Assembly: GCA_041191745.1 (NCBI GenBank)
Contig: JBEEOG010000146.1
Coordinates: 2,229 to 66,228, forward strand
Reading direction: 5' to 3'
DNA from: Pseudomonadota bacterium
GTDB taxonomy: Bacteria; Pseudomonadota; Alphaproteobacteria; Rhodobacterales; Rhodobacteraceae
Length of the DNA stretch: 64,000 nt
The notes under the pieces are model-generated. The model had not been told where the DNA came from. It saw only the letters and a list, made by a program, of their open reading frames with translations, and made no database searches. A program made the translations under genes and the position numbers. Of this stretch, positions 8,684-18,125 are shown in pieces (position 1 is the stretch's first letter; each line of letters begins with the position of its first letter).

Positions 8684-11600
8684 TGTCGAACATCATGGAC
8701 ATCGCCCGTTCGGCCATCGGTGCCTATCGCACCGCGCTGGGCGTGACGGGCGAGAACATCGCCAACGTCAACACCGAAGGCTACCGCCGCCGCGATGTGC
8801 AGATGGAACAGATCGGCGGGGCGCAGACCTCTCCGCTCACGCTGGCCACGGGCGGGCAGGGGGTCGAGGTCGCCGACATCCGCCGCGCCTTCGATGCGCT
8901 TCTGGCCGACCGTCTGCGCGTCTCGTCGGGCGACGTGCGGGCCGCGACCACCCAGCTCGAGGCGTCCAAGGCGCTCGAGGCGCTGATGCTGCCCGGAACG
9001 GGCGGGGTCGATGCGGGGCTGGAGGAATTCTTTTCCGCGCTGGGCAAGCTTGCCTCGGCCCCGTCCGACCTGTCGCTGCGCCGCGTGGTGCTGGAGGCGG
9101 GGCGCACGCTGGCCGCCGCCTTTGCCGATATCGGGGCGGGCATGGCGCGTCTGCAGGCGCAGGTGATGCAGGATGCGGGCATGACCGCCGACCTGCTCAA
9201 GGCCGATCTGGGGGCGCTGGCCGAACTGCAATACCGCTTCGCGGGCAATGCAGGCAGTCTCGGCGCGCTGAACCCGCTGGCCGACGAACGCGACCGCCTG
9301 CTGGCCGCCATTGCCGACAAGGTGGGCATCACCGCCGAATACGACCGCTTCGGCCGCGCGCAGGTGCGGCTTGGCACGCAGGAGGGCGGGCCGATCCTCG
9401 TGGCCTTCGACGGCACGCGGGCCGATGTCGCGGTGACCGAAGACGGGCGGCTGACGCTTGCCCTTGCGCGGGACGGAGAGACGCGCGAGGTGCGGCTGTT
9501 CGCATCGGGACGGATGGGCGGCCTCTCGGCGGCCTTTGCCGCGATCGGGGATGCGATGGCCGAGCTTGACGCGCTGGCGGGCAAGATCGCGGCCGAGGCG
9601 AATGCCGTCCACCGTGGCGGGATCGACCTGACGGGCGCGGCGGGGGGCGATCTTTTCGCCATGGACGGCTGGCGCGGGGAAAAGGGCCTGTCCAATCAGG
9701 GCAGCATGACCCTGCGGATCACGCCGACCGGTCCGGCCACGGGCCCCGTCACGCTGGTGCGCGACGCGGCGGCGGGGCTCTGGCGCGCGACCGATGGCGC
9801 GGGGGGCGAACTCGGCGCGGGCGACCGCCTGCTGGTCCTGCCCGGCCTGACGGTCGAGATCGAGGGGACGGCGGCGGATGGCGACCGGCTGCTTCTGTCG
9901 CCCGTCACGGGCCGCGCGGTGGACATGCGCTTTGCCCCCACCGATCCCGGCCAGATCGCGGCGGCGCTGGCCACGCTGACCGCGCCTGTCGCGGGCAATC
10001 TGGGCGCGGCCACGGTGCGGATGGGGCCCACGGTCGTGGCCCCGCCCACCCTGCCCTTGCTGTCGGATGTGCTGGCGGGGGCGGACAGTGGCGCTTCTGC
10101 CGCGACGCTGCGCGCGGCGGGGGTGGTGGGATACGTTCCGGCGGGAAGTCGGGGGCTGGTGCTTGGCAGCTTCGGGCGGCAGGCGGGGGCGGATTTCACG
10201 ATCGAACCCGCCGCAGTCGCCACGCTTTCGGCGCTGACGCTGGTGATGGACGGCGAAAGCCATGCCATCGCGCTGACCCCGCGCCCTGCGGGTTGGGGGC
10301 TGGCGCAGATCGCGGCGGGCCTGAACGACGGCACGCTGCGCGCGGCGGATGGCCGGACGCTTGCCAGCCTTGGCGTCGCGGCGGCGGGGCGCGACGGGGT
10401 GCTGACGCTGGCCCGCGCGGCGGGCAGCTTCACGGCGGCCATGCTGGACGGAACCCCGGCCACCCTGACCCCGCCCGAGGCGGCGGGCGGCGCGATCCAG
10501 ATCTTCACGCGCGAGGGGCGCCAGATTGCCGGAACCCGCATGGCTGCCGCCGAAGTCGCCGCCCTGATGACCGAGGCGAACGGCTTCCTGCCCGGCGCGA
10601 CCTATCGCCCCGACTGGCTGAACGGCGCGGGCGGCAGCGCCTATCGCGGCCTGACGCTCGATGCCGCGCTGGGCGCGGGGATGCCCGCGCTGCGCCTGAT
10701 GCCTGCGCCCCCCGCGCTCTGGTCGGGCGCGGTCGAGGCGCCCGCCACCCCCGCCCGCAGCCTGACGCTGGAAGGTGCGGGCGCGCTGCCCGTGACGCTG
10801 ACCCTGCCCGAAGGCGGCACGGCGCGGCGTCTGGCCAGCCTTGCCGCGGCGGCGGTGCCCGGAATGGCCGCGCGGGCGGAAACCGCCGTGCAGATCACTG
10901 CGCCCGCCGACGGGCGGCTGTCCTTCCGGCTGGAAGGCGACAACGCCACGCCCCTTGCCGTCAGCGCCGATGTGGCGGGCGGGCGGATGGATGCGCTGCT
11001 GATGGCCGTGAACGGCCTGACGGGGGCGACAGGGATCGCGGCGGAACTCTCGCCCGACGGCAGCCGCCTGATCCTGCGCCACGGGCAGGGCGCGGATATC
11101 CGGCTGACCCGCCTGACCCATTCCGCTGGCGCGCCCGTCACGCTGGCGCAGGTGGACGCGACCGGCGCGCCCCTAAGCCCCGACCTGACGCTGGGCGCGG
11201 GGCAGGACGGGGTGCGCTTTGGCGGAGCGGTGCAGCTGTCGCAGGCCACGGGCTTTTCCGCCACCCTGTCGGGCCAGCGCAGCGATGCGGTCCCCGATGC
11301 GCTGACGGGCGGCCTCGTCACGCGCGACACGGCGGCGGCGGGGGCGGTGCAGGGCTTCGACTTCCGGCTTGATCCCGCGCTTGACGCGGGCGGCACGGCC
11401 GCCGCGGGGCCTGCCGCGATGGCGGGCGGGACGGTCTATTCCCTGACCTTGGGCGGGCGCGTGGCGCAGGTGGATGCGGCCCGCACCGCCGCGCGAGACG
11501 GGGCCGACATCGCCGCCGCGATGGCGGCAAGCCTGCGCGCGGGGATGCCGCAGGCCGCGCTGACGGGCGGGCCGCTGGCGAGCCTGCCGCCCGAAGGGGC

Positions 11601-12789
11601 CACGACCGTCGTGCGCGTGGACGGGCAGGATTACCGCTTGCGGATGGAGGCAGGCAGCCTGCGCGTGACCGGACCGGAAGAGGGGCGCCTGCAGGCCGTC
11701 TTCGGCCCCGACAACCGCCTGCGCCTTGCCGTGGCGGGCGGGGTGACCGATGCCGCGACCGTCATGCTGCCCGCGGGGCAGGCGGGGGCGGCGGCCTTCG
11801 GCCTCGGCCCCGCGCAGGGTGCGCGCGCCACGCTTCTGGGGCAGGTCCCCGCCGCGCTGCCCGCCACGCTGTCCCTGTCGCTGGGCGGGGTGCGCCACGA
11901 CCTTGGCGTCACCGCAGGCCCCGCCATCGCCCTGCCCGCAGGCTTTCCCGGCACGGCCAGCGTCGTGGACGGGGCCATCCTGCTGGATGTGCCCGCCACG
12001 CTTGGCCCGCTGCGCGTGATCGCGGGGGAAGGGTCGGCGGCGGCGGGGTTCGCCACGCTCGGTGCCGCGCTGACGGTCACGGGATCGCGGCTGACGGCCA
12101 GCGCCACCGACGGGCGCAGGCTGGAGACATCGGTGGCGACATCCGCCCTCGCCGCGCAACGGCTGGTGCTGTCGGACCTGCCGCCCGAAGACCTGATCGT
12201 GGTGATGACCGACAGGCTGGCAGGCGCGGGCACGCTGCGGATCGCGGGCAGCGTGACGGCAGGCCCGCCCCCCGCGCGCCCCGCCGAGGTGGAGTTGCGC
12301 GTGACCGATGCGGCGGCGGGCAAGGTGGAGCTGATGGACCGCGCGACGGGCCATTCCATCGGCACGCGCACGCTGGATGCCACGGGCGGGGCGGTCGTGG
12401 GGGGGCTTGCGGTGTCCATGACGGGCCGCGCGGCGACGGGCGACCGCTTCACCCTGACGGCGCAGGGCGACGGCACGGCGGATGGCCGCGCGATCGACGC
12501 CCTGCTGGCGCTGCGCTTCCGCGACGCGGCCACGGGGCAGGGCGGCTTCGCGCAGGTGCTGGCGGGCTTCCAGTCCGACATCGGCACCCGCACCGCCGCC
12601 GCCGCCCGCCGCGTCTCGGCGACCGAGGCGATCCTCGACACCACGCGCCGTGCCGATGCCGCGCAGGGGGCGGTGGACCTCGATACCGAAGCGGCCCGCC
12701 TGCTGGAACTGCAACAGGCCTATCAGGCCAGCGCGCAGGTGATGACGGTGGCAAAAGACCTGTTCGACACGCTCATCCGCTCTCTCTAG
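8683..12789 (+). CDS. flgK: Giant hook-associated protein 1 FlgK (~1368 aa)
   Basis: N-terminal ENIANVNTEGYRRR; C-terminal VDLDTEAARLLELQQAYQASAQV; large central insertion. Confidence 0.93.
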   Translation: MSNIMDIARSAIGAYRTALGVTGENIANVNTEGYRRRDVQMEQIGGAQTSPLTLATGGQGVEVADIRRAFDALLADRLRVSSGDVRAATTQLEASKALEALMLPGTGGVDAGLEEFFSALGKLASAPSDLSLRRVVLEAGRTLAAAFADIGAGMARLQAQVMQDAGMTADLLKADLGALAELQYRFAGNAGSLGALNPLADERDRLLAAIADKVGITAEYDRFGRAQVRLGTQEGGPILVAFDGTRADVAVTEDGRLTLALARDGETREVRLFASGRMGGLSAAFAAIGDAMAELDALAGKIAAEANAVHRGGIDLTGAAGGDLFAMDGWRGEKGLSNQGSMTLRITPTGPATGPVTLVRDAAAGLWRATDGAGGELGAGDRLLVLPGLTVEIEGTAADGDRLLLSPVTGRAVDMRFAPTDPGQIAAALATLTAPVAGNLGAATVRMGPTVVAPPTLPLLSDVLAGADSGASAATLRAAGVVGYVPAGSRGLVLGSFGRQAGADFTIEPAAVATLSALTLVMDGESHAIALTPRPAGWGLAQIAAGLNDGTLRAADGRTLASLGVAAAGRDGVLTLARAAGSFTAAMLDGTPATLTPPEAAGGAIQIFTREGRQIAGTRMAAAEVAALMTEANGFLPGATYRPDWLNGAGGSAYRGLTLDAALGAGMPALRLMPAPPALWSGAVEAPATPARSLTLEGAGALPVTLTLPEGGTARRLASLAAAAVPGMAARAETAVQITAPADGRLSFRLEGDNATPLAVSADVAGGRMDALLMAVNGLTGATGIAAELSPDGSRLILRHGQGADIRLTRLTHSAGAPVTLAQVDATGAPLSPDLTLGAGQDGVRFGGAVQLSQATGFSATLSGQRSDAVPDALTGGLVTRDTAAAGAVQGFDFRLDPALDAGGTAAAGPAAMAGGTVYSLTLGGRVAQVDAARTAARDGADIAAAMAASLRAGMPQAALTGGPLASLPPEGATTVVRVDGQDYRLRMEAGSLRVTGPEEGRLQAVFGPDNRLRLAVAGGVTDAATVMLPAGQAGAAAFGLGPAQGARATLLGQVPAALPATLSLSLGGVRHDLGVTAGPAIALPAGFPGTASVVDGAILLDVPATLGPLRVIAGEGSAAAGFATLGAALTVTGSRLTASATDGRRLETSVATSALAAQRLVLSDLPPEDLIVVMTDRLAGAGTLRIAGSVTAGPPPARPAEVELRVTDAAAGKVELMDRATGHSIGTRTLDATGGAVVGGLAVSMTGRAATGDRFTLTAQGDGTADGRAIDALLALRFRDAATGQGGFAQVLAGFQSDIGTRTAAAARRVSATEAILDTTRRADAAQGAVDLDTEAARLLELQQAYQASAQVMTVAKDLFDTLIRSL

Positions 12790-12801
12790 GGGACATGATC
12801 C

Positions 12802-14067
12802 ATGACCATCGGCACCGTCCTCTTCGGTCGCATCGCCACGGAAAGCTTCGGCAAGCTCTCGTCCGAACTGGCCGCGCTTCAGGGCCGCATCGCCAGCGGC
12901 AAGAACGATCCCCGCCCGTCCGACGATCCGATGCGCGGCGCGCAGCTTTCGGCGGTGCGCGAACAGCGCGGCGCGCTGGAGCGGTTCACCGACAACGCAA
13001 GGCTCGCCGCCGACCGTCTGGCCCATGCCGACCTCGCGCTGGGCGAGGTGTCGGGGCTGGTGCGCCAGTTCATGGACATCAGCCTGCGCGCGGCCAATGA
13101 CACGATGACGCAAGAGGGCCTGTCCGGCCTGCGGGCCGAGGCGGTGGCCCTGCGGCAGGCGCTTCTGGCCGCCGCGAACCGGACCGACACGATGGGCCAG
13201 CCGCTTTTCGCAGGCCTTGGCGGCGGCGCGCCGTTCGAAGAGACGGCAGAGGGCATCGCCTATCGCGGCGACGGGGGCCGCCCCGTGCTGCGGATGACCG
13301 AAACCGCGATGCTGGCCACCGGCGTGAACGGGGGCGAGGTCTTCGGCGCCATCCCCACCGCGTCGGGGGATGCCGGCCTCTTTGCCATGGTCGATGACAT
13401 GATCGCCGCGCTGGAACAGCCGCTCTCTGCCGCCCGCCCCGCGCAGGAGGCGAAGGAACGCGCGCGCCTGACCCCGCTTGCGGGGCGCGAGGGGGGGCTG
13501 CTTTCCCTGACCCTGACCGGACCGAAGGGCAGCGCCACGATCGAGGCCGACGTAGCGCGCGGCGCGATGTCGGCGCTGGTCGCCGCGATCAATGCCGCGA
13601 CGCAGGAAACGGGCGTGACCGCCACGCTTGCCCCCGATGGCGACGGCGTGGTGATGGAAGCGCCCCACGCCACGCTGCGCGTATCCGACCTGTCATCGGA
13701 TGGCGACCCGCGCCGTCCCGTCGCCGAATTCGTCCCGCTCGACGCCGCGGGCAAGCCGGACGGCGTGGCCGTGGGCCTGCGGGCGGCGCGCATCTCGGCC
13801 GACAGCTTGGTGGGGGCCTTCGGCCATGCGGTCAGCCACCTTGCCGCGCAGCGGGCCGAGGTGGGGGCGCTGGCCGCGCTCGCCGACGGGCATATCGCCG
13901 CCCTTGCCGACCGCCGCGTCCGCATCGACGAGGCGATCGCGGGGCTCGAGGATCTGGACGTCGCCGCCGCGCTGACGCGGCTGCAGACGCTGCTTCTGAC
14001 CGAACAGGCCGCGCAGCAAAGCTTCGTCAGGATCAGCGGAACCACGCTCTTCGACTATCTGCGCTAG
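12802..14067 (+). CDS. flgL: Hook-associated protein 3 FlgL
   Basis: RIASGK..RPSDDP; AANDT; C-terminal LEDLD..AAQQSF.RI..TLFDYLR. Confidence 0.93.
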   Translation: MTIGTVLFGRIATESFGKLSSELAALQGRIASGKNDPRPSDDPMRGAQLSAVREQRGALERFTDNARLAADRLAHADLALGEVSGLVRQFMDISLRAANDTMTQEGLSGLRAEAVALRQALLAAANRTDTMGQPLFAGLGGGAPFEETAEGIAYRGDGGRPVLRMTETAMLATGVNGGEVFGAIPTASGDAGLFAMVDDMIAALEQPLSAARPAQEAKERARLTPLAGREGGLLSLTLTGPKGSATIEADVARGAMSALVAAINAATQETGVTATLAPDGDGVVMEAPHATLRVSDLSSDGDPRRPVAEFVPLDAAGKPDGVAVGLRAARISADSLVGAFGHAVSHLAAQRAEVGALAALADGHIAALADRRVRIDEAIAGLEDLDVAAALTRLQTLLLTEQAAQQSFVRISGTTLFDYLR

Positions 14068-14071
14068 GCTT

Positions 14072-14087
14072 TGGCGCGGGGCTTGCA
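14072..14087 (+). promoter_or_regulatory. sigma54 promoter of sltF
   Basis: TGGCGC-GGGGC-TTGCA between the flgL stop and the sltF ATG. Confidence 0.75.
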
Positions 14088-14097
14088 AAGGCGGGGC

Positions 14098-14919
14098 ATG
14101 ATCCGTGCCCTGCTTGTTCTTCTCGCCCTGCCTGCCGCGGCCGCCGCGCAGGATTGCGCCCGCCTTGCCGCCACGGCAGGCGCGGCCGAAGGCATCCCCG
14201 ACGGCCTCTTGCCCGCCATCGCGCTGGTCGAATCCGGCCATGACGACGGGCAGGGCGGCCGCGCGCCCTGGCCTTGGACGCTGAACCGCGCGGGGCAGAG
14301 CCATTACCTTGCGGACAAGGACGCGGCGCTTGCGACGCTGGAAGGGATCCTTGCCACGGGGGCCACCAATGTCGATCTGGGCTGCATGCAGCTGAACTGG
14401 CGCTGGCATGCCGGATCCTTCGCGGGACCCGCCGAGATGCTCGATCCCGCCGCCAACACCGCCTATGCCGCGCGCTTCCTGAAAGAGCTGCACGCGCAGC
14501 TCGGCTCTTGGGAACTGGCGACGGCGGCCTACCATTCCACCGATCCGGACCGCGGGCAGGCCTATCTGGCCCGCGTCGCCGCCGCGCAGGAGGTGCTGGC
14601 GGGCGAGGGGTCCGCCCTTCTGCTTGCCGCCGTTCCGGTGCGGATGCAGGGGCTGCTGGCCGTCGCGGACAGTCCGCTGGTCGCGCTGGCCGCCGCGCGC
14701 GCGGCGCTGGTCCTGCAAGAGCCCGCGGTCATCGACGCGGCCGCCGATCCCGCCCCCGCCACGGCCGCCCCTGCCCCGGGGACGGACAGGCGCGCCGGTC
14801 CGCTTCCCTTTGCCGAATCGCCCCCCGACATGATCGCGGAAGCCGCCCTCCCGCGCAGGTTGCGCGCGCGTCTGGACGAGGTTCGGGCGCTGCGCCGCGC
14901 GCTGGCGGCCGCGCCGTGA
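14098..14919 (+). CDS. sltF: Flagellar lytic transglycosylase (SltF-like)
   Basis: Signal peptide; IALVES (catalytic Glu), VDLGCMQLN, AYHS motifs; Pro/Ala-rich C-terminus; lies between flgL and fleQ. Confidence 0.85.
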   Translation: MIRALLVLLALPAAAAAQDCARLAATAGAAEGIPDGLLPAIALVESGHDDGQGGRAPWPWTLNRAGQSHYLADKDAALATLEGILATGATNVDLGCMQLNWRWHAGSFAGPAEMLDPAANTAYAARFLKELHAQLGSWELATAAYHSTDPDRGQAYLARVAAAQEVLAGEGSALLLAAVPVRMQGLLAVADSPLVALAAARAALVLQEPAVIDAAADPAPATAAPAPGTDRRAGPLPFAESPPDMIAEAALPRRLRARLDEVRALRRALAAAP

Positions 14920-15094
14920 AAATCCGCAACGATAAACCCCATCAGAAAGCAAAGATCAGGGCAGCCGTAAGGATGCACGGGTTCCACCGCAACGTCCGGT
15001 GCCGCGACTTTCGAAACCGGCCTGCGCGGCCTGTCACGGTTGCGTGAACCTAACAGCTCGGGGATTTTGGACGTGTGCAAGTGAGGAGCGGATC

Positions 15095-16192
15095 ATGACG
15101 AGTCACTGGAGCGATGGCGCTTTTGCAACCCGTGCGTTGCCAGTATCGACCGAAATGATCGACCGCATCATCGTCGGGGAAAGCCAGCCGATCCGCGCGC
15201 TCAAGCGCATGATCGCGGCGGTTGCCGCAAGCGATGCCGCCGTAGTGGTGCACGGGCCGACCGGCGCGGGCAAGGAACTGGTCGCAGAGTCGCTGCACCG
15301 CGCCTCGGGCCGCAAGGGCGCGCTGGTGGCGGTGAACTGCGCCGCCATTCCGGCCGAGCTGCTGGAATCCGAACTGTTCGGACACGAGAAGGGCGCCTTC
15401 ACGGGGGCCGACCGCGCCCGCGCGGGGCGCATCGAACAGGCCGCGGGCGGCACGCTCTTTCTGGACGAGATCGGCGACATGCCCGCCGCCCTGCAGGCCA
15501 AGCTTCTGCGCGTGCTCGAAACGCGCCGCGTCCAGCGCCTTGGCGGCGGGGCCGAGATCGAGGTGGACTTCCGCCTCGTCACCGCGACGCACCGCGACCT
15601 GCAGCAGCGGGTCGAGGCGGGCGAGTTCCGCTCGGACCTCTACTACCGCATCTCGGTCTTTCCGCTGGTGGTGCCGAGCCTTGCCGAACGCACGGCGGAC
15701 ATTCCGCTGATCCTCGCGCGGATGATCGCCGACATGGTGGCCGCGAACCCCGCGCTCGATGCGCCGCATTTCGACCCCGCCGCGGTGCGGGCCTTGGCCG
15801 CACATGGCTGGCCGGGCAATATCCGCGAGTTGAAGAACGTGCTGATGCGCGCCTTCGTCATGCTGCCGGGCCGGATGGTGACGGCGCGGCACGTGCGCGA
15901 CAACCTTCTGGGCATGCAACTGCCCGAGGCGGACGAGGCGCAGATGCCCGAACCGCCCGCCCCCACCGCCGCGGGCCTGCCCGACCCGACCGCCTTTCAC
16001 GAGGCCTTGGCGCGCATCAACGATCTGGACCTGCGGGGCTATATCCGCGACATCGAGGTGGCGCTGATCGAAGCCGCGCTCGACAAGCGGCAGGGCAATG
16101 TCGCGCAGGCCGCCGATGCGCTGCGCCTGCGCCGCACGACGCTGATCGAGAAGATGAAGAAATTCGGCATCCGCCGCGGTCTGGCCGCCTGA
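15095..16192 (+). CDS. fleQ: sigma54 activator FleQ (AAA+ and Fis-type HTH, no receiver domain)
   Basis: [57 protein letters not shown]. Confidence 0.88.
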   Translation: MTSHWSDGAFATRALPVSTEMIDRIIVGESQPIRALKRMIAAVAASDAAVVVHGPTGAGKELVAESLHRASGRKGALVAVNCAAIPAELLESELFGHEKGAFTGADRARAGRIEQAAGGTLFLDEIGDMPAALQAKLLRVLETRRVQRLGGGAEIEVDFRLVTATHRDLQQRVEAGEFRSDLYYRISVFPLVVPSLAERTADIPLILARMIADMVAANPALDAPHFDPAAVRALAAHGWPGNIRELKNVLMRAFVMLPGRMVTARHVRDNLLGMQLPEADEAQMPEPPAPTAAGLPDPTAFHEALARINDLDLRGYIRDIEVALIEAALDKRQGNVAQAADALRLRRTTLIEKMKKFGIRRGLAA

Positions 16193-16218
16193 GGCGGCAG
16201 GCACGCGGGACCAGCACG

Positions 16219-16420
16219 CCCCGCCCCGGCCCTGAGCCGGGGCCTCTGCGTCTGCTGTCGTCGCGGTTTGGTGCAGAGGTCCCGGGTCAAGCCCGGGACG
16301 GGTTGGTTGGGTGCCGCGCCCGACAATCCAAGCGCCCCCGCCCCGGCCTTGCGCCGGGGCCTCTGCGTCTCCGGTCGTTGCGGTCTGCGGCAGAGGTCCC
16401 GGGTCAGGCCCGGGACGGGT
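16219..16420. repeat. Two tandem 85-bp palindromic elements (16219-16303 and 16336-16420)
   Basis: Each unit reads CCCCGGCC(C/T)TG(A/C)GCCGGGG-CCTCTGC...GCAGAGG-TCCCGGGTCA(A/G)GCCCGGGAC; located between convergent fleQ and fliD. Confidence 0.85.
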
Positions 16421-16430
16421 GGGATCCGCG

Positions 16431-18071
16431 TCAGCTGTCCTTGTTCCACTGCGCGACGAGGTTGGTCAGATAGGCCCCCGTTCCCTTCAGGCTGGTGATC
16501 GCCTGCTCCATCGCGGCGAAGCGGGACAGGTAGCGCCGTTCCAGCGTGGCCGAGCGCGCCTCCAGCGCGGCAAGCTTTCCGGTGGCGTCGTTGCGGCTGG
16601 CCGAGAGCGACTCTTCCCGTTTGCCGATCAGCCCGCCCGCCGTCACCGCCTGCCGCGCCAGCGCATCGAGCGACGCGGTCAGGCTGCGGCCCACGTTGAT
16701 CTCGGCGCTGTCCGTGCCGTCGGGGATGGTCAGCACGCTGCCCGCAAGGCTGCCCGCGCCGATGATGTATTTCTTTGTCCCGTCGCCCATCGAGATGCCG
16801 AAGATCGCGGTTCCGTCGAAGCGCGCCGTCCCGTCCGCCGCGCGTTCGAAACGGTAGCTGCCCGCGGGCGCGGTGCGGGTGGCGGCACCCGCCAGCGTGA
16901 CGCCGGTCTGGGGCGAGCCGACGCGGTCGGCAAAGAGCATCTCGATCCGCGCCGGATCGCGGGCGAAGGCCGCGTCGAAGCGCGTCCGGTCCAGCCGCAG
17001 CGTCCCGTCCCGCTGGGTGGATACGCCGAAATCGGAAAGCCGCGGCCCCGCCCCGCCGAAGCCCGCCACCGCGCCCGATACCAGCCGGTCGAGCTGCGCC
17101 TTCATCGTCTCGACCAGACGTTCGCCCGCAAGGGGGCCGGCTTCCGCCCCGTCGAGGCCCCGCAGACCGAGGTCCGACAGAAGCGCGCGTGTCGCGTTCA
17201 CCTGTTCGACAAGGAATTCCATGTTCGCCCGCGCGGTTTCGCCGTCGCGCGCCAGCGTCACCGTGGCGGGCGTGCCGGTGGGGGCCGTCACCTCGACCGT
17301 CGCGCCGTCGATCAGGTCGTCGATGCGGTTCGTCGGGCGCAGGATGCGGATGCCGTCCAGCGTCAGCACGGCATCGCGGGCGGCGGCGACCTCGGCCGTG
17401 CCGGGGCCTGCCTGCATGTCCATCCCCGCAAGCGCCCCCGCCGCCCCGCCGACCGTCAGCCGCAGGGCCGAGGCCGCGCCCGTCTCGCTGACCACGCCAA
17501 GCGAGAAGGTCCCGTCGCCCTTGTCCAGCACGGCGGCCGACACGCCATCGAGCGCATCGAGCGCGCGGGCCAGATCGGCCAGCGTCGCGCCCGCGTTCAG
17601 GGTGAGCGTCTGGCTGTCCCTGTCGGGACGGCGGGCGAATTCGGGCAGGCCGGTATCGGGGTTCACGGTCCAGATGCCGGTATCGACCGTCACCGTCCCC
17701 GCCCCCAGCACGGCATCGGCCGACCCGTGGCCGCCGAATTCCAGCACCTGCCGCTGCGCCGTCTGCACCACGCCGATGCTGCGCGCCGTATTCGCGGCCT
17801 TCGCGGCGTCGCGCACCGTCACCGACACGGCGGCGGAACTGCTCGCGGCCTTCAGCACGGGCGTTTCGGCGATGGATTGCATGGCGACCGACACCTGCTG
17901 CATCTGCGCCCGCAACCGCCCCAGCGCCGAAAGCTGCGTGTCGCTTCTGTCGATCCGCGCCTGTTCGGCCTGACGGCGCGGCGCGATTTCCGCCTGCACG
18001 AGCGAGGTGGAAAGATCGCGCAGGTTCAGGCCGGAGCCGTTCTTGTTCAGCGCTGTCAGGAAATCGGTCAT
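16431..18071 (-). CDS. fliD: Flagellar filament cap protein FliD
   Basis: GSGLNLRDL..LV.AE; A.DA.L.LDG..I.R.TN.I.DLI.G; C-terminal RYLSRFAAMEQAI..L. Confidence 0.93.
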   Translation of the reverse strand: MTDFLTALNKNGSGLNLRDLSTSLVQAEIAPRRQAEQARIDRSDTQLSALGRLRAQMQQVSVAMQSIAETPVLKAASSSAAVSVTVRDAAKAANTARSIGVVQTAQRQVLEFGGHGSADAVLGAGTVTVDTGIWTVNPDTGLPEFARRPDRDSQTLTLNAGATLADLARALDALDGVSAAVLDKGDGTFSLGVVSETGAASALRLTVGGAAGALAGMDMQAGPGTAEVAAARDAVLTLDGIRILRPTNRIDDLIDGATVEVTAPTGTPATVTLARDGETARANMEFLVEQVNATRALLSDLGLRGLDGAEAGPLAGERLVETMKAQLDRLVSGAVAGFGGAGPRLSDFGVSTQRDGTLRLDRTRFDAAFARDPARIEMLFADRVGSPQTGVTLAGAATRTAPAGSYRFERAADGTARFDGTAIFGISMGDGTKKYIIGAGSLAGSVLTIPDGTDSAEINVGRSLTASLDALARQAVTAGGLIGKREESLSASRNDATGKLAALEARSATLERRYLSRFAAMEQAITSLKGTGAYLTNLVAQWNKDS

Positions 18072-18098
18072 CGGGCGCGTTCCTTGTGCCTTGCCTAA

Positions 18099-18125
18099 AG
18101 GACGACCGGCGGGATCAGGGGTTTA
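18099..18125 (-). promoter_or_regulatory. Putative sigma28 promoter of fliD, overlapping the motB stop
   Basis: Minus strand TAAA-N15-GTCGTCCT; flanks match the motif at 51848. Confidence 0.55.

Noticed and set aside
8308-13668. Long minus-strand ORFs (937 and 831 aa) opposite flgK/flgL
   Set aside because: Arg/Gly-rich shadow frames of GC-rich coding DNA with no motifs
15004-15013. GCGACTTTCG shared between the fleQ upstream region and 38298-38307
   Set aside because: A single 10-mer without symmetry could arise by chance
16219-16420. Possible CRISPR array
   Set aside because: Only two 85-bp units with similar interiors, no unique spacers, no cas genes
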